Source: Candidatus Latescibacterota bacterium (lineage in GTDB: Bacteria; Latescibacterota; UBA2968). From it: DNA of 64,000 nt. The notes beneath the pieces were generated by a model. The model was not told the origin of the DNA, searched no databases, and saw only the letters and a program-made list of their open reading frames with translations. Shown here piece after piece: positions 47,070-57,078 of the stretch (positions within the stretch are counted from its first letter, which is position 1; the number at the start of each line of letters is the position of its first letter). The stretch lies in NCBI GenBank assembly GCA_965116885.1, contig OZ220741.1:4128001-4192000 (forward strand), in the 5' to 3' direction. The position numbers and the translations under genes were made by a program.

Positions 47070-50000
47070 ATGAACAGGCGAGCGAAATCAATAATCTGGA
47101 TTCTGGTCGGCGCGGGCATTGTACTGGCGGTAGGGGTGATGCTCGTCACCGGGGGCTATGCCAATGGTATTTTGCGCGATTTGGCGCAGCGCGCCCTGTC
47201 CCGGCAAGGGGATGAGGTCTGTCTGATTGGTGAGATTCAAGGCAATCCGTTGGGTGATTGTCGCATCGTTGGTGTGCAGATCGGAGATAGGGCGCGGGTG
47301 GATACGCTCGATATGACGTACAGTTTTTGGAACCTGCTTATAGGAAAAGTTGTGATTCATCGGCTGCGGTTGTCGGGAATCGAGATGCGACTTGATGCTT
47401 CTGATGAAGAGACCGAGACGCCGGTATGGGATGCTCCTCCCCCCCTGGATTTAGATATCGAGTCGCTGGAGATTGCGGATGCCAATGTCTTGGTTGATGG
47501 TACACAGGTGCGCGATATCGCGCTAAAGGGTGCTATTTTCGCGGGAAAATCTGAGTATCGTTTAATCCTGGAGCGTTTTCGTTCGGTGCAATTCGATCCG
47601 CCACTGGAGGTGACCAATCTATCTGGTATTGCCATTTTACAGGCCGGTCACTTGCGACTGAACGACGTGGCGTTGCACACCCACGGCTCTCGCATTTTGC
47701 TGCGCGGCAAGGTTTGGCAATTGGATAGTCCCGAGGTGGATCTCGTTGTGGAAGCCGATTCTCTATGGCTGGCAGATCTCAGGCCCCTGATTGATCTACC
47801 CACACGCGCGATGCAGATGCACGGAAACGTGAAAGGTGACCTACAATCCCTTGTTACAGAATTAGTTATGCAAGATGATGAATCTTTTGTCGAATTTAAT
47901 GGCGTCCTGGGGATTGCTCCGTTTGCTGTGCGCGGAGATGCGGTCTTTAAGATCGAGACCAATGATCTCATCTCGTTGGGATACACGGAATTTGATGCTG
48001 ATTTACCCCGTATCAGCACGAGTCTGGATGGAATGATCACTTTCGCAGTGGATTCCTCCGGCGTGGAGAGTGCCGTTGCTGAGGGTGTTTTTCGGCGCGT
48101 GCAGTTTTGGGATGCGCGATTCGATTCCGTGCGTTTTGCCATCAATTTGGCAAATGATCTGTTGCAAATGCAGGTCACCGCTAATGGGCCAAGTGGCAAT
48201 ATAGTGGGAAACGGGGAAGCGCGGTTGACCGCCTGGGATAGCGAGTGGAAAATGCAATTCCGCGATCTATATGCTGAACATTTACCCGGTGTACCCAAAA
48301 AAGTCGGGCGGGTGACGGGGCGTATTGGTGGTGCGAGATATGTAGATCAACGGCTTTTTATCGATCATTTTGAAACATCTTTACAGAGTTGGGGGACGCG
48401 CGTCACCGGAAATGGACGGATGCATTTTGAGGGAGACAAGCCAGCTATTGGAGGGAATATCCAAGCAGAGGTCGCGTTGCCCAGTTTGACGGGTGCAGAT
48501 AGGTGGGGCACATCGCTGACGCTTGGGGGTGATGTGGATGGCATCACAGGTGACGACTTGACCGTTGAATTGGCGGGAAATATTGTGGGAAATGCTGCGG
48601 CAGACAGTTTGCACATTTCTGCATTGATCAATTCTGAGGGAAAATCTGATATTCGCGTTGATCTGTCGGGCGCGGGTGGGGTGTTTTCCACTCAGGGGCA
48701 GATTGATCGACACGTTGAGGGCCAATGGCTAATGGATGTACAGAATTTAGAGGCGATAGGCGAGGTGATCGGTGTGGATTTGTCCGGAACGTTGGCCTTA
48801 TCCGGCACCTGGTCGGGAGCGTTGGATGCGCCTGGTTTTTCTGCACAAGGTGGCGCAGATAGCCTCGTTGTAACGGGCATCCCGCTACAAAATCTTACGA
48901 TTGAGACGCAGTGGGCGCGGCCTGATTCGGGTGCTATGAACCTGCAAGTGGATCGCTTGACCTGGGGTGAACGTTCATTGCAGAAGGTGTTTTTCGAGGC
49001 AGTGTACGCACAGGGCGAAACATCATTTTTGTTGGGTAACGGCGCGCAAGTAAATGACCAGATCCTTTTTCAGGGACGCGCAGGGCAAAAGGATGGGCAT
49101 TTACAGGTGGGGATGGATTCGCTGTACGTTAAGGTTGATCAGGTGGTGCTGCATAACGAGGGACCCGTGCGGTTCGCGTATTCGCCATCTCACGGCGTTC
49201 ACATTGAGCATCTGGTGCTTTCTGGGCCAGCAGGGCGTCTGGTCGCACAAGATCAACAGGGCTTTCAGGCGACTGTTGAAGTGTTGTTGAAAGATCTGGA
49301 CTTACGCCCCTGGGCATTTCTGGCGGGAGCTTCAGGTATGGGGGGTATTCTCAATGGTGAAGTGCTTTTTGCTGGCACATTGGCCGATCCCCTTATTTTT
49401 TTCCAATTCGATCTTGCAAAGGGCGAAATATCGAGTGTGGAGTTCGATAGCGCCACAGGAGAGATGTCTCTGGGCAATGATAGGATACATTTTGAGGTGA
49501 AAGTCGTACCCGATAGAGATGAAGTCCTGACACTGTTTGGTAGCCTTCCTATTGCAGGTACAGGTGATATGCATCTACGCGCTCGGTCTGAGGGGATCGC
49601 GTTGAGGACACGCCCGAACCTATCGGATGCAAAAACGGAATTGGTCGGAATAAAAAGATCCGAGAGATTGGTAGTTGGCACAGTGCCAAACGCGTTTTTC
49701 GGTGCCGCTGAGGGGATTTCAGGGATGTTATCGTTCGATCTGGAGGCACGCGGTCGTTTTGAGCAACCGGATATTCGGGGAGCGATCGAAATTCGAGATG
49801 GGGTATTCCACATATCCGATCTGAATCGGTCTTACGCACCTGTTTTTGGACGTGCTGCGGTTGGAGATGGAAAAATTCAGATTGACAGTCTTGCAATTGG
49901 GACTTCGGCGAATCTTTTCGGCGACATAATGCTCGAAGGGTTTTGGCCGAGCAGGTGGAATTTGTCTGCACAATTCCGCGATTTCGAACCGGTTGCCCGG

Positions 50001-50930
50001 CCCGAACTACAACTCGTGACAGATGGTCAATTGCAGATCACGGGAACGCTGCAGGGCATCAAAGTTGAGGGCAAACTCGCGATGAAACAGGCAGAGATTC
50101 GCCTGGCGGAATTGCTCGGAGTACCGAGCCTGGCGACGAAACAGGCAGAGATTCGCCTGACGGAATTGTTTGAAGAACCGAGCCCGGAAATGCCGTCGTT
50201 TCTGAGGGATCCGGAAATACACCTGCAAGTGTCTGCCGACAGACAGGTGTGGTTGCGCGACCCGTTCTTTGAGGTGGAAATTGGGGGCGATCTGGATATA
50301 ATAACAAAACGTGAAGATTCGCGTATTTATGGCGCGCTATCGAGCCGCCGGGGCAATTACATCTGGCAAAACCGCCGCTTGCGTATTACACAGGGCGAGA
50401 TTCAATTTCAGGGCAGGCCCGACTGGAATCCCGATCTGGATATTCGCGCCGAGACGCGCGTGCGTGCTGTGACCGGGCCTGTTGATATTATTGTCATAGT
50501 GGGAGGAACATTGACGTATCCGCAGATTTCGTTTGACAGCAGCGATCCGTCATTGGGGGGAGATATGGGGAATATTGCATCTCTACTGTTGACTGGCAGA
50601 CCGGCTGGTCAATTTGAGTTTGAGTTTTCCCGCGATCACACGCTGGACCTGTTTGCGGGGGCTGTTGCAAATCGCCTGGGGCGCCACATTGGTCAAAAGT
50701 TGCATCTGGATCTTGTGGAGGTCGATGTCTCCAGGATTCGATTGGGCAAGTATATCGGAGACAGGTTGTTTATGAGTTATGCAAAGGATATTTCGAGCAC
50801 GGCTTATGAAGCGGCGATGGAGTTTGAAGTATTGTCAGGGCTGACATTGGAAGCGAGTCAGATAGAAGAAGATACGGAAAATCGACGCAGGCGAGGATCG
50901 GTGGGGTTGTTCTGGAAGAAAGAGTGGTGA
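47070..50930 (+). CDS. TamB/DUF490-like translocation and assembly protein
   Basis: N-terminal TM, long beta-rich body, NPDLDIRA, GTLTYPQISFDS, RLGKYIGDRLFMSY; follows the TamA-like gene. Confidence 0.85.
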   Translation: MNRRAKSIIWILVGAGIVLAVGVMLVTGGYANGILRDLAQRALSRQGDEVCLIGEIQGNPLGDCRIVGVQIGDRARVDTLDMTYSFWNLLIGKVVIHRLRLSGIEMRLDASDEETETPVWDAPPPLDLDIESLEIADANVLVDGTQVRDIALKGAIFAGKSEYRLILERFRSVQFDPPLEVTNLSGIAILQAGHLRLNDVALHTHGSRILLRGKVWQLDSPEVDLVVEADSLWLADLRPLIDLPTRAMQMHGNVKGDLQSLVTELVMQDDESFVEFNGVLGIAPFAVRGDAVFKIETNDLISLGYTEFDADLPRISTSLDGMITFAVDSSGVESAVAEGVFRRVQFWDARFDSVRFAINLANDLLQMQVTANGPSGNIVGNGEARLTAWDSEWKMQFRDLYAEHLPGVPKKVGRVTGRIGGARYVDQRLFIDHFETSLQSWGTRVTGNGRMHFEGDKPAIGGNIQAEVALPSLTGADRWGTSLTLGGDVDGITGDDLTVELAGNIVGNAAADSLHISALINSEGKSDIRVDLSGAGGVFSTQGQIDRHVEGQWLMDVQNLEAIGEVIGVDLSGTLALSGTWSGALDAPGFSAQGGADSLVVTGIPLQNLTIETQWARPDSGAMNLQVDRLTWGERSLQKVFFEAVYAQGETSFLLGNGAQVNDQILFQGRAGQKDGHLQVGMDSLYVKVDQVVLHNEGPVRFAYSPSHGVHIEHLVLSGPAGRLVAQDQQGFQATVEVLLKDLDLRPWAFLAGASGMGGILNGEVLFAGTLADPLIFFQFDLAKGEISSVEFDSATGEMSLGNDRIHFEVKVVPDRDEVLTLFGSLPIAGTGDMHLRARSEGIALRTRPNLSDAKTELVGIKRSERLVVGTVPNAFFGAAEGISGMLSFDLEARGRFEQPDIRGAIEIRDGVFHISDLNRSYAPVFGRAAVGDGKIQIDSLAIGTSANLFGDIMLEGFWPSRWNLSAQFRDFEPVARPELQLVTDGQLQITGTLQGIKVEGKLAMKQAEIRLAELLGVPSLATKQAEIRLTELFEEPSPEMPSFLRDPEIHLQVSADRQVWLRDPFFEVEIGGDLDIITKREDSRIYGALSSRRGNYIWQNRRLRITQGEIQFQGRPDWNPDLDIRAETRVRAVTGPVDIIVIVGGTLTYPQISFDSSDPSLGGDMGNIASLLLTGRPAGQFEFEFSRDHTLDLFAGAVANRLGRHIGQKLHLDLVEVDVSRIRLGKYIGDRLFMSYAKDISSTAYEAAMEFEVLSGLTLEASQIEEDTENRRRRGSVGLFWKKEW

Positions 50931-50988
50931 GAAAAAATACAGGTGAAATAAAGAAACTGCTGGCCGAAAGACTTCGGACGGCATTTTT

Positions 50989-52713
50989 TTATTTTAAGGT
51001 AATTTTCAATAGTTCAGCCACTTCTTCTGATGTGCGGTATTTGCCGTCAAAGAGTTGGATGAGATAAAGTTGATAGGTCAGGTAGCGTCCCAGAATGATA
51101 GTGTGGTCTTCTCCTGCGAGATGGCGTTGCCAGAGTTTGGAGGTGTTAGATGTGTTGTAGAGTATATGGTCGCACAAATTTTTGCCCGGCGGTTGGCGCA
51201 ACCAATTCGCGTAATCGGCAAAGGTTTGGGGGGGGCGATTGCGCAATCCTGTGAGTCTCCGCAGGATTTTGACAGTCCAGGGGGAATGGGATATGGGAAA
51301 TCCCGTAGCTTGATAGGGAATATTTTTGAAATATTCGGGAAAGGCCTGGAGAAGCATTTGCCGGTAGAGCCGATTGTTGGCTTTTTGTTGCAGGGGAATA
51401 GAATAGAGAAATTCCTGCACTTGATTGTCGAGGAATGGCAAGCGGTATTCGAGGCCATGCAAAAGTCCCAGGCGGGGACCGTAAATGGTGAATCCGCGCA
51501 TGCGCCAGTCTATGTAAAAAGCGTGTGCCGATCCCGCCTTGTTAAATGCGGTTTCGAGGTGTTGGGCCGTGTTGCGGTCTGCCTGGACGTGTAGCTTGTT
51601 TTTCAGGTAAGCTGAGAGTCCGTTTGGATGAAATAGATGGCCAGCCCCTGCTAATCCATCGCCTCCTGCGCCGTTGAGGCAGATATCACAGGCTTCTTTC
51701 TGTTGTCTGAGATGTTCAATACCGTGCATATGGAGCAAGTCGAGCGCGCCATCGACATACCACACGCCGGAGATTCTCGGCAAGAGCCAATTTTGATCAT
51801 CCAGAGGCAGGATGGTATGTGGCGCGTTTTTTACGGATGCTGCCTGGGCTGCAATGCGAACATCTGCGCTGTCGGGGTGACCGAATGTGAAGGTTTTGGG
51901 CGTGCGAGGCATGGCGGCGAGGATCGCGCGCGAATCGAGGCCACCGCTGAGGGCGAGACCCGTTCGTCCCGTGGTTCTCTGTTCTACGGCAGTGCGAAAG
52001 CGCGCGCCCAATTCATGTGCCAATTCGCGCCGGGTGTGATGACCTGTGAGGGGAGCAATTTCATCCCAGGACCAGTAGCATTGCTGTGTAAGACTACCAT
52101 CAGAGATGCGAAATGTCATTTGCGTTGCAGCGGGCACGGGCGCGACGCCTTCGAGCCAGGTGTGATCAGAAGGCAATTGTCCGGTGGCGAAAAACAGGTC
52201 GCGGGAAATGGGGTCAATCACAGGTGAAAATTCGGGTAGCGTGAGAAATGCCTTGGTCTGAGAGGCCCAGGCAATGCGATTGCCCAAGCGCGTCCAGTAG
52301 AGCGGACGCAAGCCATAGCGGTCAGTGATAATGTGCAGTTCATTTTTGTGCGTATCAAAGACCACACCGGCAAAAATGCCATCGATGCGGCTCAATTTTT
52401 CGCGTTCATCTGTGATAGCCTGAACCAAAAATTCTGGGTCAGAGGTAGCAGAGCGAGCCAGCGCAACGCGGTTAAAAATTTCGCCATCAAACCAGGCAAT
52501 AAGTCCCGATTGTTCATAAACTGGGGACACAGGACGCCAATTGGGCGCAAACGCGACGCCCGCAATGTGCGGGGCAAAGACGACACGGTGCGCTTTTTGA
52601 TGTACGACAAGGCTATCTGCCATGCGCGTGAGCGAGCGGGTGAGTTCGCGGGTGGTAAGAGGCGATTGGGATATGAATCCTGCGAGCATAAAAAATACCT
52701 GTCTGAATACCAC
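50989..52713 (-). CDS. Asparagine synthetase-like amidotransferase/ligase
   Basis: FDGEIFN, DRYGLRPLY, LSGGLDSR, RLPFLD. Confidence 0.85.
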   Translation of the reverse strand: MVFRQVFFMLAGFISQSPLTTRELTRSLTRMADSLVVHQKAHRVVFAPHIAGVAFAPNWRPVSPVYEQSGLIAWFDGEIFNRVALARSATSDPEFLVQAITDEREKLSRIDGIFAGVVFDTHKNELHIITDRYGLRPLYWTRLGNRIAWASQTKAFLTLPEFSPVIDPISRDLFFATGQLPSDHTWLEGVAPVPAATQMTFRISDGSLTQQCYWSWDEIAPLTGHHTRRELAHELGARFRTAVEQRTTGRTGLALSGGLDSRAILAAMPRTPKTFTFGHPDSADVRIAAQAASVKNAPHTILPLDDQNWLLPRISGVWYVDGALDLLHMHGIEHLRQQKEACDICLNGAGGDGLAGAGHLFHPNGLSAYLKNKLHVQADRNTAQHLETAFNKAGSAHAFYIDWRMRGFTIYGPRLGLLHGLEYRLPFLDNQVQEFLYSIPLQQKANNRLYRQMLLQAFPEYFKNIPYQATGFPISHSPWTVKILRRLTGLRNRPPQTFADYANWLRQPPGKNLCDHILYNTSNTSKLWQRHLAGEDHTIILGRYLTYQLYLIQLFDGKYRTSEEVAELLKITLK

Positions 52714-52834
52714 TTCATTCGGGATTAGGTGTAGTCAATATAAGAAAAACTTTATTATTTCACTTTTCATTTTTTGTTTTTATTGGTACAATACAACAGT
52801 TCTAATATCATCGCATTTAACCGCAGGGGTCGAA

Positions 52835-54046
52835 ATGGAAGAGAAGAATTATAAAGTTCGCGCAGCGCATTGCAATTGGCGGGCGTCGGAGGAAGAAATA
52901 TACCAGACTTTGCGCCGCATTACAGATCCATTGCATCGGTCGTGGGAAAAGCTGGAAAAAGCCAATCGGATTGTGATCAAGTTCAATATGATGAAGCTAC
53001 ACAATCGCATTATTTACTACATGGGACGGCGGCGCGAGTTGGTCGATGACATGGTCGCACGCGCTGTTTTGCGTTTGTTGAGAGAACGAACCCGTGCGGA
53101 AATTATTGTGACGGATACCAATCCCTATACGCGCGACCATCTGATGGGTGAAGATTTTAATTACGCACATATTTTGAAAGAATACGATGTGGGGTTTGTC
53201 GATTCAAATGCGCCGCCGTTCAAACAGTATGACGTGCCCGGCGGCGGATGCATGTTTGACCGCTATACGCTTAGCGCGTGTTTTGAAGGGGCAGAGGTGG
53301 TTTCTGTAGCCAAGATGAAGAATCATCTGTTTATGGGGATTACGCTTTGCATGAAAAACCTCTTTGGCCTGCCTCCAATCACACTGCCACACGGCCGCGT
53401 GAGATCCTATTATCACCACTTTATTCGCCTGTCTTATGTATTGCCCGATTTGGGATTGATAACCCAACCTTGTCTGAATATTGTGGATGCACTAACCGGG
53501 CAATGGGATAGAGAATGGGGCGGACAGGGACGTATCTGCAATGCGTTATTAGCAGGTGACCATGTAACCGCTACCGACGCTTGTGGTACCCATTTGATGG
53601 GGCACGACCCTGGGTCTGATTGGCCCAATCCGCCGTTTCGGCGCGACCACAACCATTTGTTGATCGCAGACAGGCGCGGTTTTGGTACGGTTGATCTGAG
53701 GGAGATTGATTTTGAGAGCGAGGTATCTGCGCCCCTGGCCGAGTTTGATTCAGAGCGTACAGACAGCGAGGAAATTGTGGAAAGCTGGCGTCGCACCACC
53801 TGTGAACAGGCCCTGCTTTACCAGGACCGTCGGCGGGATATCGTTGATCGGTATCGAAATGAATTTATCTTTTTGCAAGATGGCGATGTGGTCTGGCACG
53901 GTGTGGATCCCGCCAATTTGAGTAGCCGCAGGCAGTTGAGCGGACAAAAAAAGGACCAGGGGATGTGGCTCAAGTTGGTCGATCCCGAAGAAACCGAAGG
54001 CGAACGCTTTGAGACTTATGAGGCGTGTTTGAGGATGACGGGATAA
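52835..54046 (+). CDS. DUF362 domain protein
   Basis: IVIKFN, SVAKMKNH..GITLCMKNLFG, NIVDAL, DHVTATDAC. Confidence 0.8.
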   Translation: MEEKNYKVRAAHCNWRASEEEIYQTLRRITDPLHRSWEKLEKANRIVIKFNMMKLHNRIIYYMGRRRELVDDMVARAVLRLLRERTRAEIIVTDTNPYTRDHLMGEDFNYAHILKEYDVGFVDSNAPPFKQYDVPGGGCMFDRYTLSACFEGAEVVSVAKMKNHLFMGITLCMKNLFGLPPITLPHGRVRSYYHHFIRLSYVLPDLGLITQPCLNIVDALTGQWDREWGGQGRICNALLAGDHVTATDACGTHLMGHDPGSDWPNPPFRRDHNHLLIADRRGFGTVDLREIDFESEVSAPLAEFDSERTDSEEIVESWRRTTCEQALLYQDRRRDIVDRYRNEFIFLQDGDVVWHGVDPANLSSRRQLSGQKKDQGMWLKLVDPEETEGERFETYEACLRMTG

Positions 54047-54071
54047 AATCCGCTAAGACAGTGCAATAGAT

Positions 54072-54821
54072 ATGGATATTTTGCGAACCGATACTGCCCA
54101 TGTCTGGGCGGTGGATTTAGAGCGCGAGACACACATGTTGGCCGAGACGCTATCGGCAGATGAGTGGATGCGTGCCGACAGGTTTCTCTTTGAAAAGCAC
54201 CGAGCGCATTTTGTTGCCGCACGCGGATGTCTGCGCGCGATTCTCGCAAAATACATGGATTGCAAGCCAGGTGAACTGGCTTTTTTTTATGGCGAACACG
54301 GCAAACCTGCTCTGGCATCTCCCTGGGATAAATCTCAGTTGCGATTTAACCTGAGCCATTCGGCTGGCCTGGCTCTTATCGCGGTTTCGATGCGCCATGA
54401 GATTGGGGTTGATGTTGAGCATCTCAGTCGCAAGGTCGGCCAGATGCAAGATATTGCGAAACGTTTTTTCGCACCTGGCGAATACGAGCGGTTATGCGCG
54501 TTGCCGAGAGAAGAACAGCGACGGGCTTTTTTTTGTTGCTGGACGCGCAAAGAGGCATATCTGAAAGCTGTCGGCACCGGTCTTACCCAGTCATTGAAAA
54601 ATTTTGAAGTTAGTATGGGACGCGAGGCAAAATTGTTGCGAACCAAAAAAGGCAATACAGAAGATTGGACGCTGCAACACCTCGAACCCGCAGAGGGTTA
54701 TGTCGGGTCTGTAGCGATTGCGGGAAAAGATGTTGAGGTAAAGATCGTGAAACACTTTTTGCACGGCCTTTGTCTGAACAATGATGATGCGAACGCGCAA
54801 TGCGGGACAGTATCTCTGTGA
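54072..54821 (+). CDS. Sfp-type 4'-phosphopantetheinyl transferase
   Basis: GKP, FNLSHS, IGVDVE, WTRKEAYLKA. Confidence 0.93.
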   Translation: MDILRTDTAHVWAVDLERETHMLAETLSADEWMRADRFLFEKHRAHFVAARGCLRAILAKYMDCKPGELAFFYGEHGKPALASPWDKSQLRFNLSHSAGLALIAVSMRHEIGVDVEHLSRKVGQMQDIAKRFFAPGEYERLCALPREEQRRAFFCCWTRKEAYLKAVGTGLTQSLKNFEVSMGREAKLLRTKKGNTEDWTLQHLEPAEGYVGSVAIAGKDVEVKIVKHFLHGLCLNNDDANAQCGTVSL

Positions 54822-54840
54822 TCGCCGGATGCAGGAGCAG

Positions 54841-57063
54841 ATGATGGATCGTTTACTGGACAATGGACATAGTTTGAATTGGTTGAAACAGGCTTTGCCC
54901 GAAGGGGAAGATGAACTTATCCGGGTGCAGACCGATTTGAATGAAAAAGGCGACTTCGGAAACCAGTGGGTAGTGGTGACGCGCAATCGCGTGCTGGTGC
55001 GGCAAAATGGCGCGATAGCAGATATTCCGATTTCCGAAATTGAACTGGCGCGAACCGAAGCTCTGGTGGGCGGTGCGCGTCTGGAAATTCATCGAAAAAA
55101 TAAGCCGACCATCCATGTTCCGTATTCTCTGACGCAGGCACAAAAATTTTCGGAGACCACGCGAGGGATCGAGCAACTGCGCAAGGGGCAAGAATTTTTT
55201 ATTAATGCGCATCTGGATCGCACAGTCTGCGAATCGTGTGGCCGACTATTGCCCGAAAAAAATGGGATATGTCCGGCGTGTTTGAACAAATTTGCAACGT
55301 TGGGACGCATTGCATCGTATTTGAAGCCCTACAAAACACGCGCGATTGTACTGGCTCTGGCGTCTATTGTGACGACGGTTGCCGAATTGATTCCGCCTTA
55401 CGTGACCAAGCTCATTGTCGATGATGTGTTGGTGCTGCCCGAAGGCTCGGAGATGCTGTACGACGAGCGGCTCAGTTTGCTCGGCTGGCTCGTGCTGGTT
55501 CTGGTGGGTATCCGGCTGCTAACCTGGGGGGCAGAATGGGCGCACGGCTGGACAGTTACGTGGCTTTCCGCACGGGTAACGGCAGATATCCGCAGCCAGC
55601 TTTACAGGCGTTTGGAGTTGCTATCCCTGCAATTTTACGACAAACGGCAAGTTGGCGCAGTGATGTCCCGCGTGACGAGTGACAGCAGTCGTTTACAGAT
55701 GTTTTTGGTCGATGGCTTGCCATATCTGGTGATCGAGGCGATGATGTTGCTGGGGATTCTCGCCGCGCTGTTTATGATGAGTTGGTCACTGGCTATTCTG
55801 GTGCTCATTCCAGTTCCATTAATCATGATCTGGGGGTATGCGTTTTATCGGCGGATGCGGAAATATTTTACCCGCTGGATGCAGTCCTGGTCTGAGACGA
55901 TGTCGCGGGTTAATGAAGCACTCACGGGCATTCGCGTGGTGAAGGCATTTGCACAGGAAAAGCAGGAAATTCGGGTGTTCAAAAGGCGTAATGACAAATT
56001 GACGCGCATCGGTATTACCGCAGAGGTCAACCAGGGTATTTTTTACAAAACGATGACCTTGTTGACAGCGGCAGGCGTGATCATCGTGTGGTATTTCGGT
56101 GGGTTGGAGGTGATCGATGAGGAGTTGACGCTCGGCACTTTGATGGCTTTTTACAGTTATATGATGTTGCTCTACGGTCCCCTGGAATGGTTTGGGATGG
56201 TCAATTCGTGGATGACGCGCGCAATGGCCGGTGCAGAACGCATTTTTGAAATTATCGACACGCCCTCCGAGGCATACCAAGATCCCAATGCCGTGCCGAT
56301 GCCGCGTATTGAGGGGCGCGTGAAGTTCAATGACGTCACATTTGGATACGACAAAAGTAAGCCCGTGCTTCACGAAATTAACCTCGATATCAAACCGGGG
56401 GAAATGATCGGACTGGTGGGAAAATCCGGCGTGGGTAAGACGACAACGGTAAATCTGATTTGTCGGTTCTACGATGTTGACCGCGGAAGCATTGAGGTAG
56501 ATGGGGTGGATTTGCGCGATATTCGGCTGGAGGATTTGCGGTCTCAAATTGGCATTGTGTTGCAAGAGCCGTTTCTGTTTTCGGGCAGTATTGCTGAAAA
56601 TATCGGCTACGGCAAGCCTGGCGCGACATTCGATGAGATTGTAGCAGCGGCCAGAGCTGCCCATGCACACGATTTTATAGTGACGAAGTCCGATGGCTAT
56701 GATACGCTTATTGGCGAGCGAGGAGAATCGCTTTCGGGCGGTGAACGGCAGCGCGTGTCCATTGCACGGGCTATTTTACACGACCCCAAGATTTTGATCT
56801 TAGACGAGGCCACGTCGTCTGTTGATGTGCAAACGGAAAAACGCATTCAAGATGCGGTTGTGCGATTGGTCAAAGGACGAACGACTTTTGCAATAGCCCA
56901 CCGTTTATCCACCCTTCGCAACGCAGATCGGTTGCTGGTGATGGATGCCGGACGCATTGTGGAAATTGGAACGCACCACGAATTGCTTGAAAAGAAGGGC
57001 ATGTTTTACAAATTGGTTCAGATGCAAGAAGAGATTTCACAGATTATTGCGATTAAGGAATAG
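54841..57063 (+). CDS. ABC exporter (TMD+NBD) with N-terminal extra domain and CxxC..CxxC
   Basis: GKSGVGKT, LSGGERQR, LDEATS; CESC..CPAC. Confidence 0.92.
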   Translation: MMDRLLDNGHSLNWLKQALPEGEDELIRVQTDLNEKGDFGNQWVVVTRNRVLVRQNGAIADIPISEIELARTEALVGGARLEIHRKNKPTIHVPYSLTQAQKFSETTRGIEQLRKGQEFFINAHLDRTVCESCGRLLPEKNGICPACLNKFATLGRIASYLKPYKTRAIVLALASIVTTVAELIPPYVTKLIVDDVLVLPEGSEMLYDERLSLLGWLVLVLVGIRLLTWGAEWAHGWTVTWLSARVTADIRSQLYRRLELLSLQFYDKRQVGAVMSRVTSDSSRLQMFLVDGLPYLVIEAMMLLGILAALFMMSWSLAILVLIPVPLIMIWGYAFYRRMRKYFTRWMQSWSETMSRVNEALTGIRVVKAFAQEKQEIRVFKRRNDKLTRIGITAEVNQGIFYKTMTLLTAAGVIIVWYFGGLEVIDEELTLGTLMAFYSYMMLLYGPLEWFGMVNSWMTRAMAGAERIFEIIDTPSEAYQDPNAVPMPRIEGRVKFNDVTFGYDKSKPVLHEINLDIKPGEMIGLVGKSGVGKTTTVNLICRFYDVDRGSIEVDGVDLRDIRLEDLRSQIGIVLQEPFLFSGSIAENIGYGKPGATFDEIVAAARAAHAHDFIVTKSDGYDTLIGERGESLSGGERQRVSIARAILHDPKILILDEATSSVDVQTEKRIQDAVVRLVKGRTTFAIAHRLSTLRNADRLLVMDAGRIVEIGTHHELLEKKGMFYKLVQMQEEISQIIAIKE

Positions 57064-57078
57064 TTGTTCGAGGTTCAC

